64,000 bases of DNA from Octopus vulgaris (lineage: Eukaryota), in the NCBI GenBank assembly GCA_951406725.2, contig OX597834.1, forward strand, positions 21,018,001 through 21,082,000. Reading direction: 5' to 3'. A program made the position numbers and the translations under genes. The notes under the pieces are model-generated. The model saw nothing but the letters and a program-made list of their open reading frames with translations. It did no database searches and was not told where the DNA came from. Position 1 is the first letter of the stretch. Each line of letters begins with the position of its first letter. Of the stretch, positions 26,397 to 41,335 are shown in pieces.

Positions 26397-26682
26397 TATC
26401 ACGTGACCGACCAGACCATCAGATGTTGTTACACATCGCTGGTCACAATGCGTTCGCATTGTTTTAGCCTTCGAATGACGCCACCCCACTGGCTAAGCGA
26501 ACAGGCCAACAGAAGGAAGAGTGGTGAAAGAGTACAGCAGGGATCACCACCCCCTGCCAGAGCCTCGTGGAGCTTTTAGATGTTTTCACTCAATAAACAT
26601 TCACAACGCCCGGTCTGGGAATCGAAACCACGATCCTACGACCGCGAGTCCGCTGCCCTAACCACTGGGTCATTGCGCCTCC
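26397..26682 (-). mobile_element. SINE family D (tRNA-derived)
   Basis: Minus head ggaggcgcaatgacccagtggttagggcagcggactcgcggtcgtaggatcgtggtttcgattcccag with A/B boxes; flanked by (TA)n. Confidence 0.85.
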
Positions 26683-27051
26683 ATATATATATATATCTAT
26701 ATATATAAACATAATTTATGACCTGTTGTACTTATAACAATATAAGGAACTTAAATATCTACTTATTGTAGTGAATGCAACATGAAAGACAGAAGTTAGC
26801 CATTCAGAAACACACAAGGACCATAAACTTCACTTAAACATTTATTTTAATATAGTTTTTATATTTTTGTCACTCAAAACTGTGACCTGTTTACTGATTT
26901 AATATCCATCTACCTATCTTTAGATATATTCATTTATAATGATAAAGAATAAAATCGTTAAAAATTTCATCAGTGGCCAGCATATAAAAATAGACCCATT
27001 AAGGTGAAGCATATAGACAAGATTTTTTTCTATGTCCTTAATTATAATTAT

Positions 27052-27082
<31 letters not shown>

Positions 27083-27431
27083 CTTGCCTGTAGACCTTAT
27101 GCACCCACAGGCAGAACTTGAGAGTAGAAAAAGACTGACTTGACCATGATAATAGTACGCTTGTGTGTATGTATATGAGTGAATATATATATATATATAT
27201 ATATATGTGTATGAATATATATGTGTATATATATATATAAATATATAAACACATACATATATATATACACACATATGTATAATTTCGAGAGAATGTTAAC
27301 TAATACTTTTTTTTGAAGCATGTCACATACATCTAAAAAGGATTTCTCAATCCAGTATTTTTATGCTGTTCTTTATTGTTGTTTGTGTTATGTTTTGAGA
27401 ACCATTATTTCAAGCAAGTGTATACATATAT

Positions 27432-27464
<33 letters not shown>

Positions 27465-27466
27465 TA

Positions 27467-27666
27467 TCTGTGAAATAATATGTGACAATTATTCAATAGC
27501 TATTGACCAAAGAGATGGTGTTGTGGATTTCCACCTCGGCATCCGAAACTCAGAGTTTTATCTTGGCTATTGAATAATTGTCACATATTATTTTACAGAT
27601 AAATTCCTCTATTTACATGATATTGAGGTCTCTTTCTTTCTTTTGTTATCTTACCGTTTTTACCAA
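27467..27666. mobile_element. Second copy of the 1486-1750 fold-back element
   Basis: Shares ggcatccgaaactcagagttttatc...gaataattgtcacatatta; opposite orientation; in (TA)n. Confidence 0.8.
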
Positions 27667-27869
27667 TATATATATATATTTATATATATACATATATATA
27701 TGCATACAAATATATACTAAGTTAATAATTATATATATATATATAATTATTATCTCTCTCTCATGTTGGTCATCCCATACTATAGGAGTCACAGCAAACT
27801 GCTCCATGTGGTCTCGCAGCTTCCATCTAACTTGGAATATCAGCCCCTTGAATTAGTGTCGACTACAAT

Positions 27870-28250
27870 AGCCCTTGGTCAAAAAATGTATTGTGAGTGA
27901 ATTCAGTAGACAAAAGCTGAAAGGAATCTGTCGTGCATGTGTGTGTATATGTGTGTGCATGTGTGTGTGTGTGCGTGTTTGTATGTGTGTGTTACTCTGC
28001 TCACCTTGTAACTATCACAAAATGTCGCATTTCCTAATTCTAAACGCTGGTCAACAGACAAGTGATTTCCTTGACTACCACACTCCTATGAATAAAAACA
28101 TGTCTAGCCACGGGAAAGTATTTCATTATTTGGAAACAAACAAGAGTTGGTGACAGGAAAGGCATCCAGCCATAGGAAATTAACTTCAAAAAATTCCATC
28201 CAACCCATGCTAGCATAGAAAAGTGGACATTAAAACAGTGATGTTGGTGA
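27870..28250 (+). mobile_element. Degenerate SINE with family A body and family C-like tail
   Basis: gtgagtgaattcagtagacaaaagctgaaagg then gagttggtgacaggaaaggcatccagcc...cccatgctagcatagaaaagtggac. Confidence 0.6.
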
Positions 28251-28678
28251 TATATAATACATTTTAAATCTTATAAATGTTCTGGCCCTTCTCATCATAC
28301 CATCGAATCTTGTTTTATTGGCTGTTTTGTTTGGGTTTTTTTCCTTGTTAATGACAGCAACATTTCATTAAGTCATATATCTTTATTTAATACATGACAC
28401 TGCTAATTAAGTTTTATGACAAACTTTTATATGTTTACGGTTCACCGTGAGAAATTAATTTCATCATATTGGCAGCTTATTATGACCAGTCACACAAGCC
28501 CACTTAAGGAACACGACATTGTAAAATTAGTTTTAATATATTTATCCTTTAATCCTCAAAGGTTTTTATAATGGCTATAAATTTGTCTTGACTATATAAC
28601 AAAAAAAAAGGAATTTTCTTCTTATAATGAACATTAAGAATTATTATTTTTCTTTTTAACTCTATGATAATAAAAATG

Positions 28679-28730
<52 letters not shown>

Positions 28731-28870
28731 ATGGAACAAATAGGGGCTGCAATAAAGGTGGAGCACTTGCAGAAAACAGCACTGCTTGAAACCGCTCGAA
28801 TATTCTGGAAGGTGCTTGAAAAATAAGAGGTGTTACCTTAGTTCAATGGTAGTGAACAGCTGACGCAGTA
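28731..28870 (+). mobile_element. R4/Dong-like retrotransposon ORF C-terminus
   Basis: MEQIGAAIKVEHLQKTALLETARIFWKVLEK* (LQKxxLLGTARI-type motif), directly after (AAT)n. Confidence 0.7.
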
Positions 28871-29452
28871 GTCCATCATAAAAAGTTAAAAGAAGGAACA
28901 GAAATCTGACATATGAGTCAAGTAAAGAATGAAAGCATTAGTAGCCAAAAGTACATGAAAAATGCACAGAATAAAATACAAAAGACCTCTTCAGTGATTG
29001 GTAAACTAAATCCATGTTTACAGCTTTTAAACTGAATAATTGTGTACGGATTGGGAAAAAGCAAGAATTTTTTTTCCAAAGATATTTGCAGTAAAATATC
29101 TATTTTTAGTGGGGAAAGAATCAACAAACAAGAATTTTCAACATAAAAATTCTATCAGGTATTAAAAGTACCAATTTCTGAGAGAAAAAAATGTAGGCTG
29201 GTTTTGATTGCATTTTTTCTCTGTCAAATTGCTGCTTAGAATATTCAATATCCAATTTTTTACCCCTTTTTGCCATTTTTGTATTTTCCATAAACAGATT
29301 ACCATAAATACATAGAAATATTTCTTTATGAATTAATCAAAGACAGGAATCGTGATGCCAAAATGAAATGATATATTAACATTTAATGGTCAGTTTCTCC
29401 TACTTTTTCCTCTCTCTCTCTCTCTCTCGCTTGTCTCTTTCTCCCACACATA

Positions 29453-29502
<50 letters not shown>

Positions 29503-29609
29503 TTATCTATCTATCTACCTGGCTATTTATATAAATATGTGTGCAAGAATGTATATATATGTATATATTTATAAAATGGTTTTCTTGAGATTGAAAAACA
29601 TTTGAGACA

Positions 29610-30312
29610 TCTTTAGACCAGCACCACCTTGTCTGCTTCCATTCCACTTTGCAGCCAAACATTAGTGCATTGCTCAATTTGGGGCCCTCTTCATCAACCT
29701 TCTTGATGATGAGTACACTTGTCTGAGAGTGGCCCAATGCCTCACTCTCCACGTGTGTGAGCAGCACAAATGCCATTGTGGAGTGGTAGACAATGAATTT
29801 GGCCTGCATCCATTATCCTGCAGTCATAGCGTGGGCTGCCCACCCACCTCCAACATGCTGCTTTGAATGACATAATTAAAAGGGGTCTCACATGGCTAGC
29901 TTCCTATCACAACTGGAGTCGGTAAATCTTGACCATAGAAATGGTAAGTACCCCAATAGAATAACCTTCTCTATATATGAGGGAGGCAAATCCCTAATCT
30001 GGGATGTGATATGATACAAGACGTTTTCCAATTCCAACTCTACTGTATCAGGTGCAAACCCAGGTATCACCGCCCATACTGCAAAGGAGAGAAAGATGAG
30101 CAACTACTGGGGTCTGACTGGCTGCTATCATCAGTTTGTACCTGTTGTCAACACCTCAGGTGATCCCAGACCTCGCACTGCTGACTTTCTCTGCAAAATC
30201 AGGATAACTACAGTCTATCTAAGAAATAAGACCTACTAGGTAGGATGGCTGTTGTAGCATGCATCACTGTCCATTCACCATGGCAATGCCTTTGCAATCA
30301 TGTCTGTTGGGT
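29610..30312 (+). mobile_element. CRE-like non-LTR retrotransposon relic (zinc knuckle plus restriction-like endonuclease)
   Basis: Frameshifted translation: HKCHCGVVDNEFGLHPLSC...HAALNDIIKRGL...DHRNGKYPNRITF...GKSLIWDV...AKERKMSNY...FVPV...HHGNAFAIMS. Confidence 0.8.
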
Positions 30313-31267
30313 GCAGCTGAACATACCATTTGGTCTCGGGTGTACAAACTGTTACTCCTCATCTCCATCCTCTGCTGCTTTTTTTTGTCTTTTTCTTTGT
30401 TTCCTTGATGGGGAAGTTCCAAGGGATGTATTTCTCAGTAATCTTTTATACTTTTAATGATATTTTTCCTTTGTTTTTCCGGCAAAAAATATGTTGCTAT
30501 TGTAAAAAATTTTTTTTTAAATCCCCCACTTTTGGAGTCTAGGGGGCTTGAGGGAGTGAATTCTCATGATTGGTCTCAGCGAAAATTTAGCATTTTTCTA
30601 GTAATTAAATATAACAACATTTTTATTTTCACTCCTCCCCAATATACACATCTATACATGCGATGAATTAGAAACATACTTGCACATATATATATACACA
30701 GATACATATGCATGTACATATATGCTGGCATAATTACAAATAGGAAGAAATAGGAGGCCTTTCCTGTGACCCGTTCAACCTAAACATAAGCTAGACATTA
30801 CTAGCGTGTAACCCAAACAGCTGCAGGCCAATGTTTACAGGAAAAACCTGGAGTTAGGAACATATCTACAGAAACTTGTGTGAATTCTTGCATCCAACTG
30901 ATCTCTGCTAAGTGGGTGGCATGTTGGGGTTTACACTCAGCAAACTATCAGATACAGACTTTACCAATTCCAAGTTAGAAAATTAGTCTTAGGTAAGATT
31001 TAATTTCAGCATTAGCTGCTGTATTGACATTAACGTGAAGTGAAGACTTATATTGAAAAATAACATAAATAGTTCACACCCAGATGATATGGATATCTTT
31101 CTTGTTCTTTTTATTCTTATTGCTGGTTTCCGGCGTTAGACTGTGGCCACGCTGGGGCACTACATTGAACAGCTTTATGTTTATACAAGCATATGCGTAA
31201 CCTAAAGGCAAATTAATAGAGGTTGCAAAAAGTAACGTAGGGCTAACTAACACCATTTATGCTAAAA

Positions 31268-31437
31268 TAAGAGTTAATTAACTCTAAAGTCACTAAAGCA
31301 CTCCCATTAATGACTGACAAAGGTGGGGTAAGTCCCCAGCATACACAGCCATATCACAATTTTGAATTTAGGTGTAGACCACCTTAATTTTCATCAGTAT
31401 AGTGCTGTAGCGGCTTTAGAGTTAATTTAACTCTTAA
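31268..31437. mobile_element. Small MITE-like element with ~35-bp TIRs
   Basis: taagagttaattaactctaaagtcactaaagcact / agtgctgtagcggctttagagttaatttaactctta. Confidence 0.65.
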
Positions 31438-31477
31438 AAAAAGAAAAGAATTGCTAATAAGCCACCCATTTAATTTG

Positions 31478-31538
<61 letters not shown>

Positions 31539-31540
<2 letters not shown>

Positions 31541-31710
31541 GGGTGTGATGAGTGAATTGTCACCATTTTATATTTTTTTCTTTTATGCATGCACATTGTT
31601 TGTTTTTGAGTTGGGTGACCACACAGTATAGTAGGGTCAGTTGTGCACCGTATGTGAGGAAAATAGCACCATGATGCAATTCCCTCTGCCAGAAATTTGG
31701 AAATGATCTA
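31539..31710 (+). mobile_element. Possible Tc1/mariner left-end fragment
   Basis: Starts TA-gggtgtg at a (TA)n boundary and has a short MMQFPLPEIWK* frame; family call is from recollection only. Confidence 0.3.
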
Positions 31711-31789
31711 AGGAGTAGGTACAATAGGTGGTCAGGCTCTGCATAAGGAGAAGACAACCTCACACACACACACACACATATATTATTGG

Positions 31790-32041
31790 GCATTGCCAGT
31801 GCCGCTGGACTGGCTCCTGTGCAGGTGACACGTAAAAACACAATTTCAGCATGGCCATTGTCAGTACCACCTGACTAGCACGTAAAAGCACTCACTACAC
31901 TCTTGGAGTGGTTGGCATTAGGAAGGGCATCCAGCTGTAGAATCTCTGCCAGATCAGATTGGAGCCTGGTGCAGCCATCTGGCTCACCAGTCCTCAGTCA
32001 AACTGTCCAACCCATGCCAGCATGGAAAGCGGACGTTAACC

Positions 32042-32080
<39 letters not shown>
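31790..32080 (+). mobile_element. SINE family C
   Basis: ggttggcattaggaagggcatccagctgtag...ggacgttaaccgatgatgat. Confidence 0.85.
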
Positions 32081-32904
32081 AATGTGTACATGCATATATA
32101 AATACAAGCAACATATATGTGTGTAAACACTCATGTACAATGGACTTCCACATCTCATAAATTCCACTCAAAGGCATTGGTCAACTTGACCCTAAGGTAA
32201 GAGACACCTGTCCACCTGTCTATGTTGCCAAGCTGTAGGATTGAACCACGAATCACAGGGTTTACAGAGAAAACTTCTTAACCATATAGTAAACATTTCC
32301 TTCACTCCTAGAAGTTAACCCTTCTCCTATGCCATCCCTGGAATTACTTCCACGTGCTTTCATCAAATACCCTGCCTGAATAGAATCCTATTTCCTTGAT
32401 CATAAATTAAGTTCAAATATACTTCAATGCAATCAGCCCTGGTATATTATCAACGAGGTCCCTGCATATTCTTCGCCCTTTCAAGTTGATGTTGTTAAGG
32501 AAATATACTGCATATGTCATCCAATTAATTTGGTGGGGGAAATAATCAAAAATTTAATAGGATTTAATCAAATAATTAACTCTATCATTATTAAGTCACG
32601 CTTCTGGAAGATAGCAAAAAAAAAAGGGGGTGGGGTATATTTTTAAAATCAAATTATGATGGAAGGTTTAAATTTAAATACAAACTGTTTAAAAACAAGA
32701 AATTTTGCATTGCATGTTTAAAAGCAGAATAGAAAGAGAGAAGGACAAATGGAGGCGGTCTTTGGCAAGTCAGTATGGAAAAGGTTAAGGGGTTTCGTGC
32801 CTTTCTAAAATGCCACAGTATTGCATTTTTTAAATGTTATCAACAAAAATAAATTGTGCATGTTGTTGTTGTTATTATCATCATCATCATCATCATCGTT
32901 ATTA

Positions 32905-32941
<37 letters not shown>

Positions 32942-33181
32942 TACTTTGTTGTTGTTGTCAATGTTATTATCATCATTTTACATTTTGATAATGATTTCTT
33001 GTACACGTGTTGTTGTTGTTGTCGTTGTTGCTGCTGTTATTGGTAGCAGCAATGGCATCATACACTTTAATAATGATCCCTTATAGATTTCTAATTATCA
33101 TTATCATCATCGACACTATTATTATTATTATTATTATTTGTATCATCATCGTCATCATCATCATCATCATTATTAGTATTA

Positions 33182-33228
<47 letters not shown>

Positions 33229-33759
33229 TTTTTTTTTTTTTTATTTTTTTTTTTACCACCATCATCCTTATCATCATAACTCTTAATGCGGTTTCCTTCC
33301 TCAAAGGATAGAAGAGGGTTTTTCCTTTCACATTTGAACAGCCCTTTCCATCCACATTTGAATTTTTGTCTTTTCACACTCTTCATGTTTTTCTCCAAAC
33401 AATTTTTGCAAATAATATTTCCTATCCAAAACAGTAATCATCGTGTTGCAAATGCTGAAAAGATAACAAAACAAATAAACATTAAAAAAAAAACTAAACA
33501 CAAACAAAATACGAAAAAACTTTTATATTATAAAGCAAAGATTGCTGATCTTTCCATGTCAAACAGCTGAGCTTGTTTTATATCTCATCGTTAATGAGCT
33601 TAATTAGTTGCTTCTAATTGGTTGCTTTATCGTTTGCAAAATGGTTGTTTATTTTCTCCTCCTCCCATCTGTTAAAAAGAAAAAAGATTAAAAACAAATT
33701 TAATCTTATTACAGAATTTAAAGGTAAATTATCTTTGTAAAGAAAAGCAGAGAATATAT

Positions 33760-34400
<641 letters not shown>

Positions 34401-35304
34401 TATATCAAACAAAGAATTAATAAAATTTTGGAGGAAATTCAATTATATATATATGATATTAATAAATTATATTAATAATCGGTTATTCAAAATATTTTCA
34501 TACTTCATAGATGTTGAACCTTAAGGTTATACTTAAAACCAGATTCTTACTTTTCTTTCTTTACCTTTCTTTCTGTACTTTAATAATTTTTAATATCGCA
34601 CTCCACTGGTATTTTACACTGCATTTCTACAGCAGTTATTACTTTCCCATGATACATATATAAAAAAATATATGTATTTTGCTTTATGTTGATCAAACAA
34701 GAAAGGAGTGCTCAAAAGAATTTGTAGAGCCTACGAGGTTTTTTATTGAAACTAAAATAATTGCACCTGAAGATTTGAGTGGTGTGAAACTTGAGTTGCA
34801 GGACAAATAAAGAAAATGAATTCACAAGACCCTTTATTATTCACCGTGATCATTTCACCATCATGCTTTGGTACCTCACAGATGAGATGCTGGTACAAAC
34901 AGTTGTGGTACCTCATAAATGCAGATGTGTCTCCTCAGGTGAATTGTCAAAAGGTACATCGTTTCCTAATCTTTGTTTCACTCTATTTTCATTAGAATAC
35001 CTTTTGGTAGTTGCAGTTTGCTTTGTAGTTTTTGACTTGCTTACACAAGAAACTGGGTTAAAATGAAGAACACTTTTCAATATCAGTAATAAAGAATAAA
35101 AAAAATTAAATAAAACATAAAAATAAACAAGTGAATATAATAATGTGAATTACACTGATAACAAAAATATCCCATTAAAAAAATTAAAGAAGAAGGCTAG
35201 ATAGAGCAGAAAGCAAAACAAAGCGCTATTGGACATTAAGATTGACCCCAGTTGACCTTTACATTTACATGAAGCAAAAAATTTATATATGTACTCATGC
35301 ATAG

Positions 35305-35337
<33 letters not shown>

Positions 35338-35545
35338 CATACCAGCATATATATATATATATATAAATTTATATTTACATGTAAATATACATATATATAT
35401 ATATATATATGAGAGATAATGGTGTCATTGAGACCCAAAGGTGTTAGGTAATGCTGAATAAGTGCTATAGACAGACCATAGTTAAGTTCCAGATTCGGTA
35501 ATATTCCGAATACAGGGTTCAAAGTTGGTTCTATGTCAGCGTGTG

Positions 35546-35639
35546 TATATATCAAGTTTTTGCGTGATGAGATAAAAAACTGTATAAATGCTCTAATATC
35601 TATACAGCCTTGGTTTTTTTTATCTCATTATGCAAAAAA

Positions 35640-35650
<11 letters not shown>
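35546..35650. repeat. Hairpin at the end of a unique insert in (TA)n
   Basis: tttttgcgtgatgagataaaaaac-tgtata...tatacag...gttttttttatctcattatgcaaaaaa. Confidence 0.7.
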
Positions 35651-35706
<56 letters not shown>

Positions 35707-36214
35707 ATGTATAGGTATACATATCTCTGTATGTCTGTGTGTATATATATACACACACATCTACGCGTTTATACATAGGCATATATATATATGTTTTTAT
35801 ATATATATATATATATATATCTATAAACATGTATAGGTATACATACCTCTGTATATGTGTGTGTGTATATATATTTGTATATATATGCACGGAAAAGAAA
35901 ATCAGCTATCAGTATCTTATTTCAAGCCAGAATGTAATTTCATAGGCTCACCTTTAGCAGCATCTTCAATGAGAACTAAATGGTAACACCAATTAACAGA
36001 AGACGAAATTATTCCAAATTCAAAATTCTTCAGATGTAATGGAAATCCTATTTCATCCACCCACCCATCCACCCAAATTTTGGCAGGTGCTGATGATGTA
36101 TTTTCAGCATCATTCTTTCTAAGCAGAATTCCTCTTACCTATTCAGCATCAAGGCATACATACATAAATACATACATATGTATAGATATATATGTGTGTG
36201 TCTGTGTCTGTATG

Positions 36215-36246
<32 letters not shown>

Positions 36247-36503
36247 CTTTTAGCTTCAATGAAAGCTTTGAAATGTATGTATATATGTGTGTATGTATGT
36301 ATGTATGTATGTATGTATGTATACAAACGTGTATAAATGCTACACGTTGATGGTGGTGTATGAATATATGTGTACGTATGGTATATATAAATATATATAT
36401 ATAAACTTTTAGCTTCAAGAGAAGTTTTGACATATTAATCAATTTTTTTTTTTGTGTATATATATATATACACACACACATACATATATACATACATATA
36501 TAT

Positions 36504-36569
<66 letters not shown>

Positions 36570-36989
36570 GCGTGCATGCACACACACGCACACACTCTCT
36601 TTAAAGGAAAGCCTGGTTTTCTCTCCTGACAATTCTTGTACCTGGTTATCCCTTCGTTATGTTTTTATATATTTCAAATCTCTCTTGGTGCACCTTATGA
36701 CTTCTGCAAACAGACAGCACACCTGTTTTACATTAGCAATAATCACTACAACCTTTCCACCTCCTTTCTTTCCTCATACCCCCTACCCACTTCCATTTTC
36801 TGTGTCCCCCCCTCTTCTCTTTCCCTTCATTTCCCTTGCTCCCCATCAGTCTTCCCTTTCATGCAGACTTTGCCACCCAGATAGATACCACCATCTTACC
36901 TTGAGGTACCTTTGAGATTTTTCAACACTATATTATCTTTAAACTAAACTGAGCTGAGAATCGTCTTATTTATCTACTTACTCTGACCC

Positions 36990-37030
<41 letters not shown>

Positions 37031-37196
37031 ACGTGTGTGTGTTTCCATGTGCATTTTTTTGTGTGTATGTATGTGTGTGTGTTTTGTACGTTTCCGTGTT
37101 CTTTTAGCAATCCCTTTGAAATTATCTTTTTCTATCCATTTTTTTTTTACTTTGATATGATCCGTTTTTCTTTTTCAAAAAGATGTCATCCACACC

Positions 37197-37229
<33 letters not shown>

Positions 37230-37244
37230 GTTATTAGTAGCCCA

Positions 37245-37874
37245 ATGAGCTGGCTGAATTGTTAGCACACGGGACAAAGTGGTCACTTTGCATCATTTCA
37301 TTCATATTTATTATGTTCCGAGTTCAAATTCCTCCGAGGTTGACTTTGCCTTTAATCCTTTCGGGGTCAATAAAATAGGTACCAGTGAAACACTGGGGTC
37401 GATGTAATCAACTAGATCCCCCCTCCCTTCAAATTTCTGGCTTTGTGCCTTTACTAGAAAGAATTATTGTTGTTGCTGTTGCTTCCTGCTTTTAACCTAC
37501 CAACCTATTCTTGTCTGTTGATTTAATCACTCACTGGTTACACTCTCAGATAAGACAATATATACTGCTAATCTGTACATAAGTAACAAGAACTATTTCA
37601 AACAACAACAATAATAATGATAATAATAATAATGATGATAATAATAATAATTATTATTTCTTTACTACCCACAAGGGGTTAAACAAGGACAGACAAACAG
37701 ATTAAGTCGATTACATCGACCCCCAGTGCGAAACTGGTACTTAAATTATCGACCCCGAAAGGATGAAAGGCAAAGTCGACCTCGGCGGAATTTGAACTCA
37801 GAACCTAATGGGAGACGAAATACGGCTACGCATTTCGTCCGGCTTGCTAACGTTTCTGCCAGCTTGCTGCCTTT

Positions 37875-37875
<1 letters not shown>
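37245..37875. mobile_element. Inverted pair of SINE family B
   Basis: 37245-37465 (+) and 37655-37875 (-), tail to tail. Confidence 0.85.
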
Positions 37876-38076
<201 letters not shown>

Positions 38077-38387
38077 GGTTTCATTTATTTGCCATCAGAG
38101 TGAAGGATGAGGGGGGAAATACAAAGACAAACATAATGTGTTGGGGTTTCCATATAAGGAAATGATAAAATAATTTGAAAAAACAAATTAAAAATAAATT
38201 ATGAGTCTACACGGTACACAATGGACAGGAAGGGACACATACATAGAGTACAATGGTTCAAAGAAAAGGAAAAAGGGGGAGGATGATAGAGATGTGGCAC
38301 TCCTGATACAGGATGACCTCTAGGGATAATCAAGGGACCCTGCTGACTGAAATTTCCTTGAACACCAAGAGCAAGTGTCTTGGCTTC

Positions 38388-38574
38388 CATGCCGGTGGCA
38401 CATAAAAAGCACCCACTACACTCACAGAGTGGTTGGCGTTAGGAAATGCATCCAGTTGTAGAAACACTGCCAGATCAGACTGGGGCCTGGTGCAGCCTTC
38501 TGGCTTCCCAGATCCCGGTCGAACCGTCCAACCCATGCTAGCATGGAGAACGGACGTTAAACGATGATGATGAT
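38388..38574 (+). mobile_element. SINE family C nested in the LINE 3' UTR
   Basis: Family C consensus; absent from the second LINE copy. Confidence 0.85.
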
Positions 38575-38689
38575 TCACAAGTCTATACTTAGAGAGGTAC
38601 CATCCACTCTTGCCATTTTTGCAACTTTCACCCACCTTTCATTGAACTTACTCGAGGACAGCACTTCTCTCTCCACCCTCAGTGTTACC

Positions 38690-38844
38690 CAAGTAACATA
38701 GCTAGGGCGATCGGTAGTGACAGCACTTTCAAAGAGGCAGTACTTTTGGGTCTGCTGTAGGCAATATGTGATTTTTTTTGTGGGGTTCAGGGGTGGCAAA
38801 TGGAAGGTCTGCCCTGGGCAGCACACACTCTAGCTATGCTAGTG
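38690..38844. mobile_element. hAT-like MITE nested in the LINE ORF
   Basis: Imperfect TIRs caagtaacatagctaggg / ctctagctatgctagtg interrupt the LINE reading frame. Confidence 0.55.
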
Positions 38845-39041
38845 ATGAGAGTTCTACCAAAGTGGAATGTATCTGTCCTCATGCTTTTCAGCCTTGTTCA
38901 CCTCTCTTTCACCACAGTCACCAGGCAAAGGAAAACTACCTTGCCTGCCAAATTGAAGGAGGATGGTGGGGCAATCATCACTACAGCTTGGCTGATACAT
39001 GAATCCATCCCACATGAGACAGCAGCTATTCAACATAACCC

Positions 39042-39239
39042 CACAAGTCAGCAATGCCCAGACACTGAATGAGTGCATGCAGGATGGTTTCGTCACTTTG
39101 TGCGCACCTCAGACAAGCCCATCTGACGGCACATCTTTGCCTGTAGATGTGCTGTCAGATGAGCATGTCTGAGGTGCATGCAGAGTGACAAAATCATTCT
39201 GCACAGACTCGTTCAATGTCCGGGCATTGCTGATTTGTG
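39042..39239. repeat. 95-bp-arm fold-back duplication of the LINE 5' truncation end
   Basis: Arms 39042-39136 / 39145-39239, colinear, 17 mismatches by manual count, 8-nt loop. Confidence 0.9.
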
Positions 39240-39241
39240 AG

Positions 39242-39274
<33 letters not shown>

Positions 39275-39467
39275 GCAATAAGAAGAGCATGATATGATAT
39301 GTAATAAACAGAGACTGTCGACATATTGTTCAATTCAATAAACAAAGTCAATCTCTGTTTATTACAAATCATATTGCATTCCTCTTATTGCTTATTTACC
39401 TTCGAGAAGAGTTACGTCAACCTTCATAAATGAATAATAATAATGATGGTGATGATGATGATGATGA

Positions 39468-40128
39468 TTTCATTTATTTTCCACAACAGCAAAGGACAAG
39501 GGGGCAATACAAAGACGGACATAAGGTGTGGGCATTTACATACAATGAAATGATAAAATAAGAAAAATGATACGGGCATGGCTGTGTGGTTAGGGAGCTT
39601 GCTTCCTAGCTACATGGTTTTGGGTTTAGTCCCACTGCGTGGCACTTTGGGTAGGTGTCTTCCACTATAGCCTCGAACCGGCCGGAGCTTTGTGATTGAA
39701 TTCGGTAGGTGGAAGTTACTGCCATGTGTGTATGTGTGCGTATAGCTGCTCAGTGCCTCTCCGAAAGAGAGATAGGGAAAATAAATGAAAGAAAGAAAGA
39801 TAGTATACATGGTATACACTGAAAAAGAAGGGACACGCGCATAGCATACAAAGGCTTAGGGCAAAAAAAAAGAATGGTGGGGAGGATGACAGAGATGTGG
39901 CCCTCCTGATACAGGAAGTCCTCGAGGGATAATTGAGGAACCCCATTGTCCAAGATTTCCCAGAAACTCCAGGAGCAAGGGCCCTCTCCAATTCCTTCTC
40001 CCTGACTCACAGGTCTACACTTAGAGAGAAACCATCCACTCTTACCATTTTTGAAACTTTCACCCACTTTTCCGTAAACTTAGTTGAGGACAGCACTTCC
40101 CTCTCCACTCTCAATTTGCTTTTCAAGT
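39468..40128 (-). mobile_element. Second L1/Tx1-like 3' fragment with nested SINE A head (39575-39740)
   Basis: KLRVEREVLSSTKFTEKWVKVSKMVRVDGFSLSVDL*, homologous to the first copy. Confidence 0.8.
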
Positions 40129-41091
40129 GAAACTTGATTTGCTAGAAACAATAGCAAAATTTCTATCAAATTAGCCCCTACTGTCTCAAAAATATGATGA
40201 TAATTCTTGGAACATTGAACTTAGAATTGGCCTGCACAGACAGGTACGCTTTCAACTATTGTAGATCAACCAGCGACGCCCATGGTCAGGAAGATATTTA
40301 CAAATAAACTGAAAAAATGCTGACTGGAATATTATGGACATTTCTGCATGCATGCAGATGCATTACTGCACATGTGCTTGTATATAGGTGCAATTGTACA
40401 TGTCTACAAGTGCATGTCTACATATGCATGTCTCCTTGTCTTTCTTTGCATGCATGTCTGCAGGTACCTGTCTATTCTTGTTTCATGTGATTACGACATA
40501 TTTGTACAGGTACGTGGATATAAACACATATAGAGAGGTAAATGCGTCTGAAAACATGCACATATAGATTACGGGCATAGTGCATACGTGTGCGTACATT
40601 TTGCACATTTTACATGTATTTATGCAGGTATATGTGTCAGAATACTCATTCAGATTACACTCAAAAACATATGCTGAATAGATGTGTGTCTATATTTACA
40701 CATTTTACATGCATTTATTTATCTCTCTTCCTATTTATCTTTCTATCAATATATGTGTATCTATTCATTTATCTTTCTATCTAGTTATCTATCTATATAT
40801 CTATCTATCTATCTATCTATCTATCTGTCCATCTATATATGTCTATCTATTTATCTGTAGTTTTATCTAGCTATCTATCTGTCTATCTTTATATTTGTGT
40901 GTCTATCTATCCATCTTTATATCTATCTATTCATCTTTATCTATCTATCTATCTTTCTTTTTATCTATCCATCTATGTGTGTGCATATATATATTAGCAT
41001 ATGTGTCCAAATCTACACACACATGCACCATACATATCTTTGTGTATATTTACACATTTTACATGCATATCAATCTATTTATCTTTCTATA

Positions 41092-41132
<41 letters not shown>

Positions 41133-41230
41133 TAGAAAAAAAACACCTTTTATCAATTCAACAATGAAAAAATTAAATTATACATCCTATAGAAAAAAAT
41201 TAAATATAAAATAAAAATAATATTCCCTAA

Positions 41231-41335
<105 letters not shown>

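Larger units (their letters stand above)
38078..39136 (-). mobile_element. L1/Tx1-like LINE 3' fragment with nested SINE and MITE
   Basis: Minus translation CLRCAQSDETILHALIQCLGIADLW (CCHC knuckle)...LRVEREVLSSSKFNERWVKVAKMARVDGTSLSIDL*, followed by a 3' UTR. Confidence 0.8.

Noticed and set aside
26605-26682. tRNA gene
   Set aside because: tRNA-like head continues into a SINE body, has a related copy at 44919 and lacks a clean acceptor stem
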